A DNA stretch of 63,350 nt, filler included, from Octopus bimaculoides (lineage: Eukaryota): the NCBI RefSeq assembly GCF_001194135.2. It is 5 parts of 5 records of this genome, joined end to end, with 100 filler letters (N's around TTAATTAATTAA, not from the genome) between each part and the next. Parts side by side here need not be neighbours in the genome. Positions count along the whole stretch, not along the records: positions 1 to 20,961 come from NC_068982.1; 4 more parts are not named here. One strand, 5' to 3'. Shown piece after piece: positions 1 to 13,340 of this stretch; the stretch's first letter is position 1, and each line of letters starts with the position of its first letter. Position numbers and translations under genes: made by a program. The notes beneath the pieces are model-generated. The model did no database searches and had not been told where the DNA came from. It was given only the letters and a program-made list of their open reading frames with translations.

Positions 1-212
1 AAAAAAGAGGACATTATCCTCAAACCAGATACCTTTACCAAATGCTTGCAAGAGGGTGGACACCACAAATGGCAGGTGGTGGTTTTAGCGTCAAACCAAT
101 TGTTCTGGTCTCCGTCGTTTGTTTCTTTGTCCTTTTGCAAACATGTATGTGTGCCTTTGGGAGTATGTGTGTGTGAGAGAGAGGGGGAAGAGTGAGGAAG
201 AGAGAGAGAGAG

Positions 213-260
<48 letters not shown>

Positions 261-1281
261 TTGGTTATGTTATGTAATTCCCTTTATGAAAAAGAACTCA
301 AGTTTTTCATTTCTTGTCAAGTTTCATGCTGTAGAATACAAGTTAATAATCACTGCCAGAGTAAATTACCACCAGGATGTTATCAACCTTTATTACCAGC
401 TGAAAGAGCAATTACACATTATGATTTCATAACTTTTATCACAAAGAAATTATTAGTTTCAGCCCTAAAGATAAATGAATCTAAGTGTGTACTTGGGTAT
501 GGCACATTACTTCACTTATCTTAATCTACTGAACAGAACAAGAGAGAAAAATAAAACAAAAAAGATAAAAAACAGAAATCTCTGTGGGATAGAGCAGTTG
601 GAACAAGGGAAAACACTGAACCATAAAACTATCTACTGCAGCAACAAAGGACCACGTTGAAGTGAGAAAGTATGTCAGCCAGACTGTTAATGCAGTTGTT
701 AAATATTCCACCAAGTCCCTAATGTTTAAAGTAATGGGAATATATTCTCTAATTCCTAACCCTTAGAGAAAAATGCCAAACACACAGGAAATAGTTTTTA
801 ACTACTTTTTAACTAAACCCAGCATGCCAAAACATAAAAACAGAAGAATAAGTTAGTTGATGACTTAGTCATGACAATATGAGCAACAGATTGTTTGGTA
901 GATGAGAGTTCTAAGTTTAGAACTCACTGTAATAGACTTGGCATTTCATCTCAGAGAATGAATACCATTAATACACTGTAATCTGTGATATATAGTCGAA
1001 ACTTTGACCATACCTGATGGCTGATGTGTAGGTCATGTCCAAATATTAGTTACCTAATGACAAAATGGCATCCAGCTGTAAAAACCATGCTAAAACTGAC
1101 CTCACCTGTGCTGGTGCTATGTAAAAAGCACTCGACCCTCTTTACAGAGTGGTTGGTGTTTGCAAGAGCATCCAGCCATAAAAATCATGCCAAAACAGAC
1201 ACTGAAGCATGGTGTAGGCTCCTGCCCTGCCAGCTCCTGTCAAATCATTCAATCCATGGCAGCATGGAAGGAGAACATTAA

Positions 1282-1319
<38 letters not shown>

Positions 1320-3470
1320 AAAAATGAGGTGAGAAAAATAACTCAGAATAGCCAGTTGCATATATTTAATCCTAACATTTAAACCAGCCACATCTAGCTA
1401 AAATATTGTCCCCATTTCATGTTCAAACTGGCCATATCCAGCTTATCACACTTACCCTACAATGTCATTCTAAAAATATGCAGTCACATCATTGAAATCT
1501 CAAGGCTACGAAATAACACGATTAATTCCAAACAATGCGAATAAATAAGCAGAACATTTGATAGAGTAATCTGGATGCTAAAAGGTTAAACAGCATAGAC
1601 AAATACAGGTATATGAAATACTATACAACATGAATTTTTGATTTATTAAAACCTCCAGCAGACATGCCATAATTACCAAATGGCAATTAGGACCACTTGA
1701 GAAAGAATTCTCCAGAGTTGAGATGTCATTAAAGAAAAGAACAGACTTATTATCTGCAGATAAGAGGGTTGTCATGAGCAAGTGTTTCTAGCTCAATAGC
1801 TTTCTTCAACATGGCAATTGTTTCACTTTATCTCCAGGAGCTAAAGGACTTAAGCCTACTCAAAATGGAGAAGCACACATTTATAGTAAAACTAAAATAC
1901 TTAACCTAAAAGTTCTAAAAAGACAAGGCAAATGATTCACAGTCACGGTTAATACATACAACCAGTGCCAGGGCAACTATAGATCCATTCCACCACTCAC
2001 AAACATCTAAACACATCAGAAATGGGTACAAGACATTCTGGGTACAGCTGTTTTGGCACTGCAAATTTGGTATCACTGATTCAACACTGACTTATTTGAC
2101 ATCAAACATTTCAATACTTCTCTTGTTCTTTCCCTCACCTCTCTCTCTCTCTCTTTGTCTGTGGCGTGTGTCTGTGTGAGCATCTAATGTTTTATGTATG
2201 TGTAATGTCTCCCCTTCCTTTCTTTCTTACTCTATCTCTATGTGTATATTTCTTCACACATATGCATATATATGTGTGTATGTGTTTGCCTCCAGGGTCA
2301 AAACATATTGTCACCAAAACAGGTTGAATGTCCAGTCAGCTGTGCCAAATCATAAGTGCACAAATAGCTGCACCCAATCATTTTATTCTGATCAAAAACA
2401 TACTAGAACACTCTTTCAATGCCACCCTGAAATTATTACAATCTGATCTAGACAAATTCAAAGCATGCATACTTACAAAAATATCCACATGTTTCTTTTC
2501 TCTGTATAAATTTGTGGTGAGATAGTCTCCCTATAATTTTTTTTTTATCTGGCTCAAACTCTCCTGTTTATATAACTCTCTCACTCTCTCTTATTCTCAT
2601 ATCTTCTCATAAATACTTTGTCCAGATTTTCATCCCTGGGACCCTCTAGTGTTCAACAATTTAACTACTCTTCAAACTAACAAGTGACCATTTCAACTGA
2701 ACATCAGTTGTAATTACTGTATTCAAACCATATCAATTCCTTAGTTTTAACTTCTATGAAAGCCATGAGGTTTAATTATCCTTTTTTATCAAAAAAGAAA
2801 AAAAAAGGAAAAACAACAACGAATAGGTATTACTGTTCAAATCAATTAACTTGTTATTTTCTCTGGCTTTACTATTTGGTTTTTCTCAGTCATGGGTACC
2901 ATTACATACAACTTCCACCTAATATATTCGTTTCTTCTCCTTTCATCACACCTCCTGAATCCCCCCCCCCCCCGCTGCCCCAAGCCTGTGTTAACCACTT
3001 TATCCAATATTTATTCCCTTGAGCATCAATTCCCTTGAATTTCCACTCTGTATTTTTTCCTACAAAGTCAACTTGCCTATGTTCAAACTGAACATAAACC
3101 ATATCAACATCACCCAATCTTGAAAGAACCTGCAAAGGTGATAGACACACCACTTCCTCTTGATTATACTATAGGGAAAAAAATGTGTTTTTTTTTCTTT
3201 AAATTCTTTAATTGAAAAAATAGGTTTAGATTATATTTTGAAGAATATTTAAATATTTATTTAAAACAAATTGTTAGGCTATGTGGTTAAAAAGCTCACT
3301 TTGCAACCATGTGGTTTTTGGGTTCAGCAAGTGCCTTTTACTGTAGCCCTGACCAATATGAATGAATTTCATAGATGGAAACTGTGTGGAAACCCATTGT
3401 ATACATATATGTATGCATGTATGTATGTATGTATGTATGTATGTATGTATGTATGTATGTNNNNNNNNNN

Positions 3471-3512
<42 letters not shown>

Positions 3513-4422
3513 TTGTCTCCCTACAAATCTTGACTAACACTTCATTTTTTTTTTTTTACATCCCTGTAACTTAACAGTTTGGTAAAAAAGATCAATAGAA
3601 TAAGTACCAGACTTGAAAAGATAAGTTCTGGGATAAATTTCTTTGACTAAATCTTTCAAAACGGTGCCCCAGCATGGCCACAGTCCAATGACGGAATCTA
3701 GGAAAAAATAAAATCCATTGACTGAGACCTTTGGAAATATGCTGTGCTTTAGAAGACCCGGCAAGCCAAGTGAGACCGTAACTCGTGGCCTATGCCAGTG
3801 GTGTAACCAGCCCACTTATGCGTACCTTTCCTTCATTGGACACTAAACTCTGCTTGCAAAGACCTGTTGAGGCAAGTGAAATCGAAATCAAATTTGATGA
3901 CAGCACCGCATGACTGGCATCCATGCTAGTGGAGCGCTAAGAGCACCATCCGAGTGTGATCATTGCCAGAGCCACTGACTGGCTCCCATGCTGGTGGCAC
4001 GTAAAAAGCACCATGATCGTTACCAGCATTGCCTTACTGGCACTTGTGCCAGCGGCACGTGAAAAACAACATTCAAGCAAGGTCGTTGCCAGTGTCACTG
4101 GACTGGCTCCTGTGCAGGTGGCACGTAAAAAACACCATTTGAGCATGGCTGTTGCCAGTACTGCCCGACTGGCCCTCATGCTGGTGGCACATAAAAGCAC
4201 CCACTACACTCTTGGAGTGGTTGGCATTAGGAAGGGCATCCAGCTGTAGAAACTCTGCCAGATCAGAGTGGAGCTTGGTGCAGCCATCTGGCTCGCCAGT
4301 TCTCAGTCAAACCGTCCAACCCATGCCAGCATGGAAAACGGACGTTAAACGATGATGATGATGATGATGATGACGACGGCCACATCATATAATCTGATAT
4401 TTCTTATAATTATTTCTTACAG

Positions 4423-4475
4423 CCACATGTTTAAACCAACATTGACAAGAAACCAGCAACTGAAACTTAAAAATG
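4423..4475 (+). CDS. Candidate 53-nt exon upstream of the hemicentin-like exon
   Basis: Acceptor tatttcttacAG, donor GTaagc. Phase 2 to 1 fits the next exon. HMFKPTLTRNQQLKLKN(G) has KPTL about as far from GIPT as in recalled HMCN1 (KPTLDFKKTVSRPVQGIPT). The implied intron is only 56 nt. Confidence 0.4.
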
Positions 4476-4531
4476 GTAAGCAATTCCCAAAGAGATTCTG
4501 GTTTTTATAAGACAAATTTTATATTTTCCAG

Positions 4532-4716
4532 GAATTCCAACCAACTTGTACATCAAAGTCAGCAATTTAACAGCACCTGGCCAATTAGAAAAGATAGAAT
4601 TTCTTAATTTAAAAGGTACTCCCATTGGAAACTATGCTCCTTATCAGAATTCAACTAATAAAGATGTTTACCAAGTGGATAATATTGAGCCACCTACAGG
4701 ATATTTCTATATACAG
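4532..4716 (+). CDS. Internal exon of a hemicentin-like/VWA7-like protein (region after the vWA domain, before Ig repeats)
   Basis: Acceptor ttatattttccAG, donor GTcagt. 185 nt, phase 1 to 0, open. Peptide (G)IPTNLYIKVSNLTAPGQLEKIEFLNLKGTPIGNYAPYQNSTNKDVYQVDNIEPPTGYFYIQ resembles recalled HMCN1 GIPTYVLLNTSGISTPARIDLLELLSISG...FVPPNEAFFLKV. Confidence 0.7.
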
Positions 4717-4778
4717 GTCAGTAATCTCTTTCTCTCTCTTTCTATTCTTACTATGCATGTATATATAAGTGTGTGTGA

Positions 4779-4830
<52 letters not shown>

Positions 4831-4842
4831 ACNNNNNNNNNN

Positions 4843-4875
<33 letters not shown>

Positions 4876-5446
4876 ACACATATGTCAATGCATGTGTATA
4901 TACATTTGAAAAACTAAGATGAGACAATATCGGTGATTTTATTTAATATTTTCCTGTAGCCCTGACCAATACAAGTGAATATCATAGATGGAAATTATGT
5001 GGAAGCCCATTGTATATATATCATCATCATTTAACGTCCGCTTTCCATGCTAGCATGAGTTGGACGATTTGACTGGGGACTGGCAAACCAGATGGCTACA
5101 CAAGACTCCAATCTGATCTGGCAGAGTTTCTACAGCTGGATGCCCTTCCTAACGCCAACCACTCCGAGAATGTAGTGGTTGCTTTTTCCGTGCCACTGGC
5201 ATGAGGGCCAGTTCGGCAGTACTGGCAACGGCCATGCTCAAATGGTGTTTTTTACATGCCACCTGCACAGGAGTCAGTCCAATGTTTTGTTGACATGCCA
5301 CTGGCACGAGTGCCAGTAAGGCAAAGCTGGAAACGATTGTGCTCAAATGGTGCTTTTTATGTGCAACCATCAAAGAAGTGAGACCGCTGCTCTGGCAGTG
5401 ATCCCACTCGGATAGTGCTGTTAGCGCTCCACTGGCATGGGTGCCA

Positions 5447-5965
5447 AAAGTGACTAAACATAAACAATTGACTGAAAGAAGATAGGCGGACCATTGGGAA
5501 TTGAACACAACATCAATGCTCACATGGTTCCGTATGCACCTAGTTCACATTGCCCACCCATCAATTTCAGCCAATTTTAATGTATAGATAATTTTAGTCT
5601 AGTATATATATTTATAAATTTGTAAACAAACCCAAATGCTGTAAATTATGGAGAAGAGTGACATACAGGTCCATTTTAATAATAACTATAATCATATATT
5701 ATTTATATAATGATATATGCTACATTTAAAGTGACTAAACCCAAACAATTGACTGAAAAAACATGGGCCAAATCACTGGGAATTGAGTATAACATCAATG
5801 CTTACATGGCTCCATACACACTCAATTAAGCCACATATCCCACCCATCAATTTCAGCCAATTTAAATGTATAAATAATTTTAGTCTACTATATATATATT
5901 TATGAATTTGTAAACAAACCCGAAGGCTGTAGATTATGGAGAAGAGTAACACACACAGGTCCTCT
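5447..5965. repeat. Tandem duplication, period about 281 bp
   Basis: aaagtgactaaac...ggagaagagt..acaggtcc occurs at 5447-5675 and 5728-5965, clearly diverged. Confidence 0.85.
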
Positions 5966-6059
5966 TTTCAGTCAATTATTTAGGTCTAGTTGCTTTAAAT
6001 GGAGCATATATTATTATATAAATAATATATATTATTAATATTATTAAAAAGGACCAGTA

Positions 6060-7060
6060 CTTGTAATTGCCAGCGCTGCCTCCATGGTACCCTGTCAATG
6101 AAGGCCATTTAATGCTGGATGTTTTATTCTAGGGATCACAGATCCTCCAGAAAAAGCGAGACATAGAAGTGGAATTCTCTCTATTTCTGAAGCTGAATGA
6201 GTGCATGTGCTGTGTATATCTTCCCTTGAAATTGTTGGCTTACATGTCTGTGTAGTGCCTTGTGATACCATCATATGATGTGAGAGTGGCTCTATAGATT
6301 ACAGCTCTTGAGAGGTAGGATTCTTCTAGAGGGCAGCTAGTATGGTTCAGAAATTACAGTTACAGTTGGGAGTTGTGCTGATGCATGTTTGATCTGTTGT
6401 AGTGTGCAGTATTAGAAGTGATGTTATCTAAGCAGGAGTAGCTCACCTTGACGTTATGTGGGTTAAAAGCTTTTAGTACCTAGGGTAATTCTTCTTAATT
6501 AACGACAGGAAGCTCCTAGCTACATTAGTGGAAACTTCTAGGTTGCATGGAGGATTGTACCAGATTATCTTCCTCCTTTTAGTCCTCCTTGGGTGCGGAG
6601 TGGGGGGAGGGTTATCCATATATGTTAACTTCTCAATGAACCCACTCTTTGCCAAAGCATCACTGTAGTGGGGGCAGCTCTATTAAAGATCTCCCTATCA
6701 GCTGAGAGACCGGATATTCTTCTACAAACGCCTGAGACTAGGTTTCTAATTACAACAGTTGGGAGGTTCGAACTCCTGTGGATGTATACAGTTTCCTCGT
6801 TGGGTTCTTTGTAAGAGTAGTACTTGCCCATATTCAGGTTTAAGATCACGTCCAGGAAATCAACCATATTCAGGTTGGTGGTAACCGTTGCGCACAGACT
6901 GAGTTCCTTGAATATTTTTATTGGGTCATTCCTGAATTTGTCCATGGCATGGGTGTTCATGTCGTTTCAGACTGCCAAGCTATCTTCCCTATATCTATAT
7001 ATGTAGCAACAGCATCGTTCATTATGCATCTTGCTTGAGCTTTGCGTAATGTGATAGGAA
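6060..7060 (-). mobile_element. Penelope-like element remnant (RT C-terminus and GIY-YIG region)
   Basis: Degenerate YREDSLAV (YRDDGL-like), FLDVILNL, RKIIWYNPP, VKVSYSC, then C..CPL..VIYRA..F..RY..H..SF; many stops and frameshifts. Confidence 0.85.
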
Positions 7061-7243
7061 GCTATCAGTCGAAGATGATATATGGGTGACACTCTTAGAC
7101 AGGCTATTTTATAGGAGATTTGCATTTTAGACACTGCCGAACGTTTTGCTGTCTAAAGCAAAAACATTGCTTTTTCCCCAGTTTTAAGTGTGAGCCCACA
7201 GCTGACTGACTTTTTTTTCGGACATATGAACTAGTCACACACA

Positions 7244-7307
<64 letters not shown>

Positions 7308-8879
7308 TTCAATGCGTTAGAGAAACATTGTTTATGGCTGTCTCCATTACTTTTGGAGATGTTAGAAGTGAGTACAATTATGTGTGAAGATGTAACTCAT
7401 TTAAGGTGCGACAGTACGCAAAATATAAAGAACGAAATTGTATACTTAACTGATACAAATTAATTCATTTCTAAAGTAGGCATCTGTTTGATCTTTATTA
7501 ATCTACTTAAAATTCTTGTAAGTAATTATACTTTCTGCGATGTACTGAGAGGGAAATGTTTCTTTTTCGATTTCCCCTACCAGCATGCTTTTCTTTTGGT
7601 TTCAGATGTGGTATTAAATGAAAATTATAATGGAGAGGCAAGTATACACTGCAGCTGTTATAAGAAAACTGATGTCGGCATAACTATGACTAGACGATGG
7701 TGTTGTGAAGTTTCGTTGAAGAATGAATAATATAAAGATATTTCTTAATTCATTGTTTATTTCAGTTGTTTCAACTATCAGAAGATATTGAATTCACGCC
7801 TGTGTTTTAGAGGAAAGGGAATATGAATGGTGTGTCTTCTGTCTCTTGTACCTATACGGTAGAAGTAATGAAAACAAATTAGAGATTTAAAAAATGAGAT
7901 GAGAGAATGCCTTAAATGGCCTAACCGGCAAAGCAAGAGATCTGCAGTAATTAAATAATCTCTGTTGAGACATTGGATCGCAGCCTTATGCAGGATAATG
8001 TGAACTTTCTCGATCTTTCATTTTGTATTTTGACGCGAAAGCCACGGTCGTTCTTTTGATGTCTGTTAACATTTCATTATAGCTGCCGCAAAATGTGATT
8101 GGTTGTAATATATGTCGGCAGGTATGTTGGTTATCTGCGTCTGCAGGTTATCGCTGTTTAAAAAATTACCGAATTTGGTAATACTAGCTCATCTTTGAAT
8201 CCAAATGCACGGAGAGCTAATGTAGGATCGAATCCAAAAACTATCCGATCACTGAATCAAATTATTTAATGCAACTGTTGTAAAACAAATGAACAAAACT
8301 AAATAAACGTGAAACCAATCGATAATCAAATGAAGACAAAAACTGAAAGTCTGATGGTTCTTGTAGGATCGAATCCGAGGAGCAATCTGTCTCATGTGGT
8401 ACAGACAAAAGAGCTAGGTGACACAATCCAGTTGTTTTAAAACCTGTCAGTTTGAAAAATAGCAGGTTTTCAGATAATTCTGGTATTCTATAAGCCCTAT
8501 TAACGGTCTGGTACCATTAAGAACAATTAAGCGTTAATTATTGTTTGGTTTTGAACTAAATGATATTTGGAGACGTTCCTTACAAGTTCTCCTTGGCAGG
8601 TATTTTTATTTCATGATTTCTTTTTACTGCAATGACGGCTAAAGTGTGCATCACTGCTGACTGTGGAAATAAAAACTACATACAAGTTCGCTTCGACCGT
8701 CACCTTTAAGTAGAATTTGTAGAGCGCTTTTATAAAATTTGTCATTTGTACTTCTATTCACGTTTGTGGAATCAGGAAACTGTTGTTTCCGTCTCAATCC
8801 ATATAAGTGCCATCATTTGTATTTCTCAGGTTTAAAAAAAATGAGAGGCCTACTAATTCATAAATCATATTCACACTGA

Positions 8880-9330
8880 GCTAAACTTGGCCATTGAGTG
8901 GGCTCTGACTCGAGTTAATATCCCCTCACTTCTGGAGCCGGCGGAATTATCCAGAAATGATGGAAAGAGACCAGATGGTCTTACTCTTTGTCCCTGAGTA
9001 AGAGGTAGGTGCCTCATCTGGGACGCCACAGTCTGTGACTCTTTTGCTACCTCCCACATCCTGGATGCTGCGGTAAATGGGAGCGTCGCTGCTTCCGTAG
9101 TCGAACGGAACAAAGCCCTGAAGTATCGGGACCCGGCAGTGAACTATCTCTTCCAGCCTGTGGCGTTTGAGACATTTGGAGAAGTTGGGCCGCTAACGGT
9201 GAAATTCTTGTCATCGCTTGCAGCTTGTGATATCCGTGAGAGTGCTTGGATTTTCCAACACCTTGGCTTTGCCATCGCTCGTGGTAATGCCGCGAGTGTG
9301 TCGACTCGCTTCAGCAGGTTCCGTTGAACC
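8880..9330 (+). mobile_element. CRE-like non-LTR retrotransposon 3' fragment (restriction-like endonuclease)
   Basis: LEPAELSRNDGKRPDGLTL...LIWDATVCDSFA...FQPVAFETFG...FQHLGFAIARGNAASV. Confidence 0.85.
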
Positions 9331-9412
9331 TTGTGGCGTGCGACCAACTGAGACACTTGGTGCTACGTTGATGTTTCTTTATTTTACTTTGTATAAATTA
9401 TACAACAAAATA

Positions 9413-10691
9413 TTAGGTTGTCAAGAAAGTTCTTGCGGCTTTTAACCTTTAAATTCAAATGCACATATCTCGGTTCAAGCAAAACTATTAATCGAAATAA
9501 ACACCATCAGAATCAACACACTTTGGCCAACGCGAAACAAGTTTATTTATGCCAGTTGCGTAAAAATCCTGCGTTCTGGTGGCGATGAAGTCGTTGAAGG
9601 CGTGTTTGGCATCGTCTTTTGAAGCATTTCTCACGCAGGAAGTTGTCGAGCTGCTTGAAAAAGTGGTAGTCAGTAGGCGAAAGGTCTGGTGAGTATGGAG
9701 GATGAGGCAGAATTTCGTAGCCCAATTCGTTCAACTTCTACCGGGTCAGTTGTGCGACGTGTGGCCGAGCCTTGTCGTGGAGAAGAATCGGTCCTTTTCT
9801 ATTGACCAATGCTGGCTGTTGTTGTCGGAGTTTCTTATGCATTTCATCCATTTGCTGACAGTACTTCTCCACCGTAATGCTTTCGCCTGGATCCAAAAAG
9901 CTGTGATGGATGAGACCGGCCGTAGACCACCAAACAGTCTTCATGACCGTCTTTTGGTGCAACTTTGGCCTCGGGAAGTGCCATGGAGCTTCGTCGGCGT
10001 CCAGCCTCTGAGCCGGTTGTCGTAAAGAATCCACTTTTCATTGCAAGTCACAATCCGGTCGAGAAACGGGTCGTTCTTGTTGTGTAAAACAAGGGAAGAC
10101 GACACTTCAAAACGGCGTTTTATTATTTTTTTTTTGTTGAGGTTCAATTCGTGCAGCACCCATTTCTCAAGTATTTTTGTTTTTTCCATTCTCTTTCAAG
10201 TGGTTGGAAATTGTCGTATACGCTACGTCTAATTCAGAAGCAAGCTCTCAAACAGTTGTGTGTCGATTGGCTTCGACTAAGGTTCTTAGTTGATCATTGT
10301 CAACATCCGATGGCTAACCATTACGCTTATCATCTTCAAGACTCACGTCACCGCTATGAAATTTATTGAACCACCATTGTGCTGTACGTTCGTTAGTGGT
10401 TCCTGGGCCAAACGCATCGTTGATATCGCGAGCTGTTTCAGCAGCTTTTCGGCCTAGCTTGAACTGGAATAAGAAAATTGTGCGAATTTGCTTTTTGCTT
10501 ATATTGTATGCAACGTTCCGGGGGGAAAATGGCCTAATTATTCAAAAAGAAAAAGAGTAACACGATTAGATAGAGCAAAAAAACGGACTTTAAAATAAGT
10601 AAAGTCAAAGTAATTTAACGAAAATTAATTTGAAAATACATTATTTAAAACCAAAATTTCAAATTCCGCAAGAACTTTCTTGACAACCTGA
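9413..10691 (-). mobile_element. Mariner element (DD34D) with both TIRs; transposase inactivated
   Basis: 26-bp TIRs at 9413-9438 and 10666-10691 (1 mismatch), left TA. Motifs WVLHEL, IVTCNEKWILYDN, LHDKARPH, HPPYSPDLSPTDYHFF split by frameshifts. Confidence 0.93.
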
Positions 10692-12419
10692 GAGAAAATA
10701 AAAATCCATGACAATGTAAATGCAATGATTTGCTTCAATTTTAAAGCTTTACGTTAATTTTTTCTGTGAATACGTTTCAGTAAGATCCTTCACACATGTC
10801 TTTTATAATGTTCAGCTTCTATAACAATAACATCTTCAGTCTTGAGTTCTTCTCATGGATTATTGGAATTCTTGTTCCACTCCAAAACTCAATTAATACC
10901 CTGGTTTAAATTTCGCAATAGCCTTACAATTTCTCAATTGCTTCCGTTCACACTGGGATTCTCGATTTGCCGCCCGTTCATCTTTTCCGTTTTACAACCT
11001 TTTCTCTGTTTTATAGACGACACCTCTGTCTGTTTCTTAGTAACGTTAAATTGCATAAGTTAACAGTGTATTGTTGATTAAAACATAAATTGTTCACCCT
11101 ACCTGCAGTGATATGTATATGAGCAGAATGTAAAAAAAATGAAAGTTTTCTCGGGAGAGAAAAATCACACTCACCAAAAATACCAAATCTATTTGTGTTT
11201 AAGTTGCACCCGTTATTTAGTGCACCCTAATTTAGTGTTAAATATTCTTTTCTACTCTAGGCACAAGGCCCGAAATTTTGGGGGAGGGGACCAGTCGATT
11301 AGATCGACCCAGTACGCAATTGGTACTTAATTTATCGACCCCGGCGAAATTTGAACTCAAAACGTAAAGACAGACGAAATACCGCGTGCTAACGTTTCAG
11401 TCAGCTTGCCGCCTTAGTGTTAAATATTAATAGCAAGTTGTATCGCTTCATAGTTTTAGCTTTGCTCTGTGTATAAGTCATCCATTTAAAAAAAAAAATT
11501 TGAATCAAGTATAAAATAAGGCGACTTGTATACGCGTAAATACGGTAAAGAGAAATGGCAACGTGCAGAATAAAGGAATAATTTTCAGTACTGATAGAAT
11601 ATGCTACACCGTGTAGTAAAATAGGGAAAATAGAAAAGAAAAAGGAAAAGAAACATATTTTTACCAAATATGAAATGTATATCATCACATTTCTACAAAA
11701 GATAAACTCACACACACACAATATAGGGTAAATAAAATAAAATAAAACGTTTCAATTTAGAGAAGGAAATCGTTTGATTTCAATGACTCCACATCCCACT
11801 TCCTCCTCCCACATACACTCTGCGAAAAATGTTAGGGACGAATTGAGTTCAAATTATTGTTGAAGGTCAAAGTCAAAGCATGAAAAACATACACACAGAA
11901 TTAATGTAATACAGACATCATAAACTATTAAATTAATATCAAAATTGCGCACAACCGATCCTAAAAACAGTTAATTCTAAACTAATTCAACGACCAAATT
12001 TTCCCAAAGATGAAAGTATTTTTCGACGCACCCCAAAAACTTTTGCAACACACCTGCGCCAACATAAATACACGGTGCATATGTCTACTGTAGCATTGTG
12101 GTCGATATCGTTTCAGAAGAACAAAATTAAGTTAACATACAGTCATAAATATTGAAAAGAAATTGTCCTTTAAAAATGAAAGTATATTGCGATAGAAACC
12201 GGAAGTGTCGACAGTGATATACCAAAATTTCATGAAACACATTTGACATCCGGTGGGAGGGGTTCTTATGCGAGTTTCAGCAACTTTTATATTCATATGG
12301 TGTCAACCATTCCCTCGATTTCATTGATCCAAACGATGACAACATCCATACACAGACTACAAAAGGGTGATAGATACTCGCCAAGAAGAAACTTAGGCAA
12401 CAAAGTGGGAATGCTGAGA

Positions 12420-12752
12420 CCCCTTCGGTCATGACTGACCATGGGATTGCACCTAGAAAGTTACCCTCCGAGGCACAAGTCCGGGCAAGGTTGTTTATGG
12501 AAGACCAACAGTGGCCCATGCATACCGGTCTCCCCTCTCCACGCCACCAGTATTATCCAAGGGAAAGGCAAAGGGGCCGATACAGCTTGGCACCTGTGAC
12601 CTCGCAACTCATTTCTACAGCTGAGTGAACTGGAGCAACGTGAAATAAAGTGTCTTGCTCAAGAACACAACACGCAGCCCGGTCCGGGATTCGAACTCAC
12701 AACTTCGCGAACGTAAGCTCGACGCTCTAACCACTGAGCCATGCGCCATCAC
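12420..12752 (-). mobile_element. tRNA-derived SINE
   Basis: Head TGGCTCAGTGG...GAGTTCGAATCC followed by the core tgtgttcttgagcaagacacttt...cagctgtagaaatgag. A decayed relative lies at about 44950-45100 (+). Confidence 0.8.
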
Positions 12753-12934
12753 AAAAGTAGGAATAACGATGATTTCTTAACATGATACTTTCAAAAAGAT
12801 TTATCATACCTTCATGAGCATGTATGGCGAAACAAATGTAGGGATAGTGAAAAACTATTTACGAATCTCATTTTGTGCATCTACGACTGTTATGTTTTCC
12901 CGTAAAATGTACGGTTTTCATGTTATATTAAATA

Positions 12935-13340
12935 TTAGGCGCTGGCTGTGTGATAAGAAGTTTGCTTCCCAACCACATGGTTCAGAGTTCAGTCCCACTG
13001 TGTGGCACCTTTGGCAAGTGTCTTCTACTATAGTCTCAGGCTAACCAAAACCTTGTAAGTGGATTTGGTAGACGGAAACTGAAAGAAACCCATCGTATAA
13101 TATGTGTGTGCGTGTGTGTGTGCCTGTGTATTTGTGTGCCTGTGCTTGTCTCCCACCATCGCTTGATAACCAATGTTGGTGTGTTTACGTCCCCGTAACT
13201 TAGCGGTTCGGCAAAAGACACCGAGAGAGTGTCTTTTGTACTAGGCTTATAAAGAATAAGTCCTGGGGTCGATTTGTTCGACTAAAGACGGTGCTCCAGC
13301 ATGGTTGCAGTCAAGTGACTGAAACAAGTAATAGAAAGAA
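12935..13340 (+). mobile_element. SINE-like family A, representative copy
   Basis: tRNA-like head, internal (TG)n and ...ggtgctccagcatgg...gaaacaagtaa tail. Other copies at about 3268-3700, 33783-34210, 37850-38020 (+) and 40555-40980, 46735-46930, 49360-49740, 57665-57935, 58735-58900 (-). Confidence 0.85.

Noticed and set aside
1677-1753. Minus-strand exon-like segment (DNKSVLFFNDISTLENSFSSGPNCHL) with AG/GT ends, phase-compatible with the last MYCBPAP exon
   Set aside because: 35 kb away across two synthetic joins, with no recognisable homology; could be chance.
2902-3153. Protein-looking minus ORF (VLSRLGDVDMVYVQFEHRQ...)
   Set aside because: Plausible acceptor but no good GT donor and no family recognised.
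7488-7730. Plus ORF behind a strong acceptor near 7604
   Set aside because: No hemicentin similarity, no donor before the stop.
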